Of a stretch of 64,000 nucleotides of DNA, positions 55,068 through 64,000 are shown piece by piece. Every line of letters starts with the position of its first letter. Positions within the stretch are counted from its first letter, which is position 1. The DNA lies in the NCBI GenBank assembly GCA_964016885.1, contig OZ024743.1:238266001-238330000 (forward strand), read 5' to 3'. The translations under genes and the position numbers were made by a program. The stretch is from Eledone cirrhosa (lineage: Eukaryota). A model generated the notes under the pieces. It was not told the DNA's origin and ran no database searches. It was given only the letters and a program-made list of their open reading frames with translations.

Positions 55068-55407
55068 GCATGACGAACTAACTGGACAGATTTTACAGGT
55101 AAAACCAACCGGCAGGAGAGTCGGGGTAGGCTCCGAGCAAGATGGTTGGATAACATACATGATCTTGAATGGTCCCGCTTGGGCATCCAGCCGGATCAGT
55201 TAGAGACGTTTGATTTGACAGGAGCCGCTGGAAGGAGTGTTTGAGGACTCTGCTCCTATGACCCTCTGATAAATAAGTGGAAGAAGAAGAAGAAGAAGAA
55301 GAAGAAGAAGAAGAAGAAGAAGAAGAAGAAGAAGAAGAAGAAGAAGAAGAAGAAGAAGAAGAAGAAGAAGAAGAAGAAGAAGAAGAAGAAGAAGAAGAAG
55401 AAGAAGA
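55068..55407 (+). mobile_element. RTE 3' end with (GAA)n tail
   Basis: KPTGRR..GR.RARWLDNIHDLEWSRLGI, then (GAA)n. Confidence 0.7.
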
Positions 55408-55964
55408 GTTAGTTCGTCAAAGTCCTTTCGTTACATATTCTGCGATCTCCTCAATGACTATTTGTTTTCCTCTATGTCTCATCTCATTTCTGGTCTTACA
55501 TGGTTTACTTATTTTTGATGTGGTACAAGTCCCTGTCTGCGCATGCCTTAGCGTCTGCGTCATCGTGTGATTTTGTGTTTTGCACGTGTTTGTGTGCAAT
55601 ATTCTGTTCTCAGTCGTTAGGTTGTGGAGTGGGGTTGTTACTATTCCATTCATGTTTTCTGTTGAGGCACGGTCTACTTTCTATTATATGTGTGATGCCT
55701 GTAATTTGTCTGAGTGTTGTGTCGGTTTATCTTTACTCCTACGTTATGTATTGTAACCAATGTTCTAGTTTAGTATTGTTCTGACGAGCTTTTCTACTAT
55801 TTGAGTTCTCACCAGTGTTGCTTCATCCACTCTCCTATGCTACGGCCTGTCTCTCCTCTGTCGTGTTTCTATACCGCCCTCCTCCTGTAAACCTTATGCT
55901 ATAGACTGCATTCCTAGTTTTGCAGTTTATATATTAAATAACGACAATTCATATATATATATAT

Positions 55965-56146
55965 CAGATAGAGTGTTGTAAAAAAAACAGATGGACCACA
56001 ACACACCAGAGTACTTGGGGTAGTAGAGTGGGCCATATGAAAAGATTCAGGACCCCGACGGCTAAGCTCAGGCCATTTCTACAGCTAAATCCAAACTCGG
56101 ATCTAGCTGTCGAAATGGCCGGAGCTCAACTGTCGGGGTCCTGAAT

Positions 56147-56150
<4 letters not shown>
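55965..56150 (-). mobile_element. Family C-related fold-back, copy 5
   Basis: Both arms carry tagctgt.GAAA tggcc..g TC ggggtcctgaatcttt. Confidence 0.8.
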
Positions 56151-56777
<627 letters not shown>

Positions 56778-57479
56778 TGTGTGTGTGTGTGTGTTGTGTT
56801 GTGTGTGTGTTTGTTTGTTTGTTTGTTTGTGTGTATATATATATTCTGAATTTGAAAGATACAGATTTCGATTTTCTAAAGCGGCTGGTGGCCACTTTTC
56901 CCTCGTCTATAGGGGTATTTCATTCGCTTTTTTAAGCTATTATTATAGCAATCAATCGTGTTTACAGTTATTTTCTGCGTTTGAGATTTTCTACATTCTC
57001 GAAGAATTCAAGTCCCACAACGCTCTGATGGTTTACAAATGGTTTTACATTTAAACCAGTCATTTAGTTTCTATTTAGTTTCTAGTTGGTAATTGGTACC
57101 ATGGGTCGTTTAGCTCAACAGTACAGAGCGATCAGCCGGAATTTGAGAGGTATAGGGTTTCATTCATGTTACACCAGTCTACTCTGAGAATCGTAAATTG
57201 TCCAAGCCTCATTACACGCCATACCTCCTTGAAAGCTACATTAAGGATACACGTATCTGTTGAATGTTCAACCACTTTCACTTTAATTTCACAAGCAGAC
57301 TATTCCGTTGTTCGGACAACTGGAGCACTCACATTTGATGCTGACGGAGGTCCAATAACATTAACAAACAACAACGCCTGAAAAGAAACCTCTCACTCTT
57401 TTCCTGTGAGTTCCTGTCTCACTGTCTCTCCTTCTGACTTTCTTTATGTTCACATCTGTATGAGTGCGCGTCAGTGTTT

Positions 57480-57603
<124 letters not shown>

Positions 57604-57753
57604 GGTTATATGGTTATATGTGTATATTTTTGTGGGTAAAAAATATGTTTATTCTACTACAAAACATATTTTAAAAAAATGATACAAATATCTGCAAAAT
57701 ATAAAAATAAAAAAAGTTTGACAACGATTCAGGAAATTCGCAAAACAGCGCCA

Positions 57754-57756
<3 letters not shown>

Positions 57757-57800
<44 letters not shown>

Positions 57801-58280
57801 AAGAAGAAGAAGAAGAAGAAGAAGAGCAACGACAATAACGCCAGCTACAATAAGAACAATAACAAAAACAACAATAATGACAACAATAACGATAACAACC
57901 TCAAAAACAACAATAAGAATAACGACGACGACGACGACAACAACAACAATAATGACAATAATAACGATAACAACAACAAGAATAACTCTGATGACAACAA
58001 CAACAGCAACAAGAAGGATGATAACAACAACGAACTGGATTCCAGAAAAAAAAAAGAAAACGTTTTCTTTTCTTCCAAAGATGTATTGTTTATACGTTCT
58101 TCGCAACAATTTGTCTTCGGAAGCAATTGAAAGCAGGAAGAAGTTGAGGGAAAAACTCTACGACATTATCAGTGAGGAGGAGAAGAAGAAGAAGAAGAAG
58201 AAGTAGAAGAAGAAGAAGAAGAAGAAGAAGAAGAAGAAGAAGAAAAAGAAAAAGAAGAAGAAGAAGAAGAAGAAGAAGAC
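57757..58280. repeat. Compound trinucleotide low-complexity tract (AGT, AGA, AAC/AAT)
   Basis: Directly visible. Confidence 0.9.
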
Positions 58281-58619
58281 ATTGGCATGCATTCCACTCA
58301 TTTACAGCTGCGGTTTATTCCTTTCCCATAAATGCCATGTATGTCGACGGTATTATAACAACCCTTAGCTCCCTTTTAATGTATGTATGTATGACTGTAT
58401 GTATATATGGATGGATGGATGCCTGTATGTATATATGAATGTGCCTATGTGTAAGTATGTGTATATGAATGTACGTATGTGTGTATGCATATATGTTTGT
58501 GTTTGTTTGTAAGCATGTATGTTTGTGTATATGCATTTATGTATAGGAAAATGTGTGTTAGTATGTGTGTATGCATGTATGTATATATGCCACTGTCAGT
58601 AAATCGAATCGATTATCTT

Positions 58620-59245
58620 GCAGCACCTTCTCTGATGTGTAGGACTTATGGCGTGAATAGAGGACTGTAGGTTACTCAAACAACTCCTCTATAGCAAGCT
58701 GAGATATGGCAAAAGTCCACCTCATGAACTTAAGATGAGGTTCAGGGACTGTGTGAAAACATCTCTGATGAAAGCTGGTATCTCCGATGGAGACTGGAAA
58801 CTAAATGCCAGTGATCAAATTCTGTGGAGGGAAGCTGTGTATGAAGGCAAATACATTTTGAAACTGCCCCAAGAAATTACGAACGGTTAAAAAGGGATGT
58901 GAGGAAGGGCTTGAAAGTGGAATTGCCAGAAAGCATGGGAGACCACGGAGAGCTATGTAATTAGTGTTGGAGAGCCTGCCTCAGCAAAGCTGGATTAAAG
59001 ACTCACAAAAGGAGCCACTGTGTAACAATTTGCTTTCAATGTGGTAAAGTCTGTCAATCAGCACAAGGCCTGTGACGGCACATAAAAATACATGGCAACC
59101 AGCCATCGATTCTTGTTGCCAGAGGCCATGTCTATAACATCTGTGTCAGAGAATCTAGGACGTTTGCTGGCCTAAAAAATCACATCCGTGCTACTCACAT
59201 ACAGAAGCGTGTTTGAACATTCAAGCGAGGTAGCTGCCATCATTA
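58620..59245 (+). pseudogene. RTE 3' end with three degenerate C2H2 zinc fingers
   Basis: KQLLYSKL..RFRDCVKTSL..W.EAV, then CN*CWRACLSKAGLKTHKRSH, CFQCGKVCQSAQGL*RHIKIH and YNICVRESRTFAGLKNHIRATH; (tatg)n tail. Confidence 0.75.
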
Positions 59246-59469
59246 TATATGTGTGTATGTATGCATGTATGTATATATGTGTGCATGTATATATACATGC
59301 ATGCATGTGTGTGTTTTTATATTTAAAAATGTTTCACAAATAGAAAGGTAGCCGGTCTCTAATAAAGAAATAAAACTCTTTTATTGAAATTTAGACATCA
59401 ACTAGGTAAATATGTCTGTCTGTCTGTTATGAATGTTATTGCATATGTGGATTTGTATGTACATAATTA

Positions 59470-59580
59470 AGGATGAAAGGCAAAATTGATATCGGTGGGT
59501 TTTGAACTCAAAACACAGAGCCAAAACGAATCCCGCAAATCACTCTATCCGACGTTCTTGCCTCTATACCAAATCGCTGC
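59470..59580 (-). mobile_element. SINE fragment
   Basis: ggatgaaaggcaaa..tttgaactca. Confidence 0.6.
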
Positions 59581-60109
59581 TTATTTTTTTTATTACAAGA
59601 ATAACTAAAAGAGCAGGTTGTTAACACCGCTTTATTGCATTAATAAAAACGTATTTTGTTATCTCTCCTGATACCAAACTACCTGAAAGCTTCTTGGATT
59701 TATCATACAAAACTGCCCATTTTTATTATCCTTATATAAAAACCTTCCATTATAGTTTTATTTTAGGAATTTTTAAGTAATGCTCAAAATATCAGCTTAC
59801 TAATGAAAAACTTAGTTATTTTATTGAATACCTCTGAATTTTTGGTTATTTTCAAAATTAATTGAAGCACACGTGCAGTGTATTTAATTAGAAATACAGT
59901 AATGAAAGGGTATATATTAGAGCGGGCTTAGAAATTCAACACAGAATAATGCATAGGAATGAATTAAAACTGAAAATAACACAATTCTAGAGTTATAACA
60001 GCATAAAAAAAACCCAGCAAGATGAGAGAAAATATATAAATAACACTACTGAAGACAGCTTATATAACATGATAAAGTACAGAAAGACCGAGATGCAGAG
60101 AGAGAGAGG

Positions 60110-60172
<63 letters not shown>

Positions 60173-60414
60173 GAATAAGGTGACAGGAAGGTGTAATAAA
60201 CGTCAGAAACGAGAGCAGAATTATCAGAATGATATATATATAACCGAACAATTAGACGATGGTGAAATGGGTTTTTAAAGGAATGGATAAGAAATGAAGC
60301 TCTTTAAATGAGCTAACATAAGATTACATGAATTAAATTTCAAGATTAAATAGACAAATACAGCGAAGAGGTACATAAAGTCTCATTAGTTTCGTGTTTG
60401 TGGGAAAAGGAAAA

Positions 60415-60458
60415 AGAATGTCTTACCATATCAGACTTTAGTCCTTCATCAGGAAAGA
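60415..60458 (-). ncRNA. Degenerate hammerhead (same type as 23582)
   Basis: CTGATGA aggactaaagtct GATA tggtaagac. Confidence 0.45.
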
Positions 60459-61415
60459 GTAAAGTTAGAAGGCGGCAAAGTTGGAAAGCTGGCAAAAAAG
60501 TTTGGTTCATCATCATCTTGGTGTACTGGTAGTATGGATCACCATGACTATCTTGAGTCATGTTAATCTTTCGATGTCTAAGTTCTTACCTGCGGACGTC
60601 ACACCTCTAGATGAGTTGTAGTAGTTCGCTGATTGAACTTTATCATCCTGACCATTAATCAAGGACGTTCTTCCACTTCACATCAGATGAGATATGTCGT
60701 TGATTCTGACTTAAATTCAACCAACGTAGGTCACCATCTACCACATTACAAATACATGGCTTCCCTCTAACTCTAGCAGAGTGGCTTCTGAATGTTAGGC
60801 CTTGCCAAAGGGCCACTCGTGGTATATTCTGGGGTTGTTTATTCCCATATTCGCATTTCCTTATCCACCACCTGTTTGAAAAAATAGAATAATATCAGTA
60901 TTACATAAAAATAAATAAGTGTTTTAACAAAGTGGTTGAGTACGTTATCAGATTTTTTCAGTTATTATCTATAGTGATCGATTATTCTTATGGTCATTTG
61001 TATAGGGACGCACACATTTCAAATTTCAAATAAATAAATGTATAAACAAATAAATATAGCTATAAATAAGCTTTTTTGCATTAATATAAAACACTAAATG
61101 ATATGAGACTACTATGAAAATGAAAGCTTTTTCAGTTGTGAACTTTATTATTTGCTAAACAAACCTTGATAAGGAAAGCCAAGAATATTTTATAAGCGAC
61201 TTCACATATACGATGAAGAAAAAGCGAAGTTATAGCTCGGATAATACAAAATTGCCGACTAGATTTAGCACGCGGGCACGTAGTTTGTCGACCCTTGCAG
61301 TACGGTTTTATTTGAGGAAGATTTGATTGATTTTTCTAGTGACTGTATTGATCCTACAGAGGATCACACGTCAGTTCGTTCTGTACATAATTTAAAAGTA
61401 ATCAATCTTAACGAA

Positions 61416-61572
61416 GGCGGGAAATTGTTGGAGCCGTTAGAACATGGTATAGAATGATTTACGATATTCGTCCCGGCTCTCTGTGTTCTGAGTTCAAATT
61501 CCGCTCTGGCTAGCTTTACCTTTCATCCTTTTGAGGTCGATAAAATGTACCAGTTCAGTACTGGGCTCGATT
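61416..61572 (+). mobile_element. tRNA-derived SINE, near full head
   Basis: ggcggg..gttag A-box region, gagttcaaattcc B-box, cctttcatcc..gtcgataaaa..gtaccag core. Confidence 0.7.
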
Positions 61573-62823
61573 CTTCTATATTTCTTTTCTCATTTCATAT
61601 CTATCACGCTTTCTCCTTCTCTGGAAAAAAAACGGCTGTTCTCAGACCTGTAGAGGGGATGGGTTCCGCTAGGTTTAAAATGTCTGTATGTTACTATGCG
61701 CCTCTACGAGACCATCTGGAGTTACGGCATCATGCACATAATGTTACCTAGTATCATAGATCTTAGTAGATTAAAAGTGAAACCTGTCTCGACTCTCAGA
61801 TGAAGTTATTTTACTTCAGTTATCTTCGACAAATATACTTTTCTATTTTGTTTATGTGTGAAAAAAATTTGTTTTTGACCACCCCCAACAAGGCAATAAA
61901 CCACTAAAATGCAATAAGTTACTGAAAAGGGAAAAGGACAAGACAGAGAACATAACTCAAGGAGACAAGGAGAGAGAATATGACGATTAATGTTGCATTT
62001 GCATTTTTGCAAATTGTAGAGGAGATTATCAGCATCACCCCATAGTTTGAGACAATATAGTTTTTATGTAGAAGTGGAGGGCATCGATATCTCTCCATAC
62101 AGTGATAGAACATAGACGAGCTGTGCGAGGGAAAAAACTACCAGAACAGAATTTATAATTTCATTTTAGAACTTCAACTGTAAATGGATAGGATCTCGCC
62201 ACCAATCCAGAACTTAGTTTAAACTAGTGAAGACAAGACAATAAAGTTGGATTGACTGTACAAGTAAATAAAAAACTGACACAGTGTCACTCAGAATCTT
62301 CCTGAGAATTACGTTAAGATTAAACGTGTCTGTTGAATACATAACCACTTACACGTTAAAGTAATGAGTAGGTTGTCTCGTCGACTCATCGTCCAAAAAG
62401 GAAGGTCCCATCATCTTTTTTCACATCATGGTACTCGAACTAGGTTGATGTGCTTTGTTTCAAGTTATGTTTTACAGCATTCAATCGAATTTCTTGCGTA
62501 TATCAGTTAATGGAGTAATTTGACTGATTGTTATCTCTTGTTAATTAATATGATGTATAATTAATTGTCATTTGAAATACGATATTTGGCACTTTTATTG
62601 AAAAAATAAGCAATCAACAATCGAAAACATTTATGAACGATAAATCAAGAATATAATTTATTAATAGCATTGTGTGGCGAATGTTCTGGAAAAATAGAGG
62701 TATAAAATAAAGTGAAAGTCGAGCCAGCGGCGTAGTTTCAGTTCCTCTTTGAGGAGAATCCTTTTTCTTTACCTCTCTTACCTAATGTTAATTGGCAAAT
62801 GCTTGCGAAGATTGTAGAATTTT

Positions 62824-62960
62824 GGAGAATGCACGTGGCTAGGTGGTTAGCGTGTTCAGCTGATGATCGCCAATTGTGAGTTAGATTCTAGGTGGTGCGT
62901 TGTTTGCTTGAACAAAACAATTTATTTCATGTTGATTCCCTTCATTCAACTGACAAAAAT
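62824..62960 (+). mobile_element. Degenerate tRNA-derived SINE head
   Basis: gtggctaggtggttagcgtg..gagttagattc..ttgaacaaaaca. Confidence 0.55.
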
Positions 62961-63249
62961 GAATTGTACTTGTAATTCAAAGGGCCAACCATGTCAGACA
63001 TTGGATTAAGCTGATCCTCCATTAGAACTAATTTCCTAATATATTTAAAAATACAATCAAAGTAAATACAGTTGCATTTGACTAAAAGGATTGGTCACAC
63101 CCACACTCAAGACATATAGTAGTAACAAATTTGAGAAAATGTTTAAAAAAATGAGAAATGGCATTTTAGTGGACCTTAGAAATGTTTGGCGGAACCCATC
63201 TCATCTGTAAGTATCTAGTACCTCACTGAGTTTAACCTGCCAACAGTTG

Positions 63250-63344
<95 letters not shown>

Positions 63345-63345
63345 C

Positions 63346-64000
63346 TGACCGAGCTGCAGTCCTGGGTCAAGCAAAGACCGAGGAAAATGGGCGACTGGCA
63401 CATCGAATGTGCTCAGACGCTCACAGTCCTCTGGCAAACGGACCCGGCGATCAGTGGAGTCTGTACTTCGACATTCTATAGAGGGTTGGTCCGCAGCAAG
63501 TGCGACGACGCGGTCGGAGAAACTTTAGGCGTAGAGGAGGACGAACTGGCCAGTCTGTTCGGTATGACCTTCCGCCTGGGACCAATGGACAACTTCCCAA
63601 AGTCCCTGGCCTGGCAGTGCTACCGAGGAGCTCTACCAGTTCGAGACAAGCTCTACAGGCACGGGCTCCCGGGCAGGGACCCTTCGAAAAAGATCTGTCC
63701 GAGATGCGTGCGCGACGAGGAAACCGACCTGTGGGGCTATGTAGAACGACTATTGTCGCGGGTGGGACCAATCCAGTTGACCACCGAGTCCATTGTCATG
63801 ATCAAACCGCAACCCTCCTTCAAAAACGAGGGAGAGGCGGTTTTCCTATGTTTTATGACTATGGTGAAAGAGGTTATATGGTGGACGAGGTTAAAAGGGA
63901 TGAGGTCAGACACCTTTCTCTCCGGCGAGCAACTGATTCGTTTTTTCAAATATCATTTTGGAAGAAGAATCAGGATGGAGAGAGAGGTGCTGTACCCCAG
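63346..64000 (+). pseudogene. Divergent 5'-truncated Tx1-family ORF2 C-terminal fragment after (ATCT)n
   Basis: ctgcagtcctgggtcaagc, atggacaacttc, ctggcctggcagtgctaccgaggagc, colinear with 30570-31235. Confidence 0.85.

Noticed and set aside
57679-58438. Ser/Arg/Thr-rich ORFs
   Set aside because: These arise from trinucleotide low-complexity sequence.
58765-58800. CTGATGA..GAAA hammerhead-like match
   Set aside because: It lies within RTE coding sequence (SLMKAGISDGDWK) and has no convincing stems I or III.
62075-62260. Possible Tc1 transposase C-terminal remnant
   Set aside because: There is only a faint motif resemblance, with no TIR or usable reading frame.

Overview
This is AT-rich, microsatellite-saturated animal DNA with no recognisable host gene. 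The SINE cores and repeat content suggest an octopus or other cephalopod (inference). Almost all of it is nested transposon debris, partitioned by microsatellite type. (1) (TA)n tracts hold Penelope-like elements (PLEs) with RT, a CxC-x5-CPL-x3-C linker and a C-terminal GIY-YIG domain, best matching the Hydra clade. They also hold about a dozen short non-coding fold-back insertions. Most of these consist of a PLE 3' end carrying a minimal type I hammerhead ribozyme (HHR) plus its inverted copy; one arm stops at a family-invariant point and the other carries a 40-110 nt tail with a shared ACTC..GAGTRCT motif. (2) One fold-back family has a complete tRNA-like cloverleaf instead of an HHR, and one copy has a PLE endonuclease fragment joined into its centre. 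This is a candidate PLE-mobilised tRNA-headed element. (3) (TTA)n tracts hold two near-full-length Tx1/L1-clade LINEs with near-identical ORF2 but divergent 5'UTR/ORF1, plus R4/Dong-clade RLE elements in the opposite orientation. (4) Also present are CRE and RTE fragments, bipartite non-autonomous RTEs, tRNA-derived SINEs, a non-autonomous Helitron, a Tc1/mariner remnant, a minisatellite next to degenerate TTAGGG repeats, and a 128-bp triple repeat with E2F/E-box/CCAAT motifs. All calls are by eye; no searches were run.
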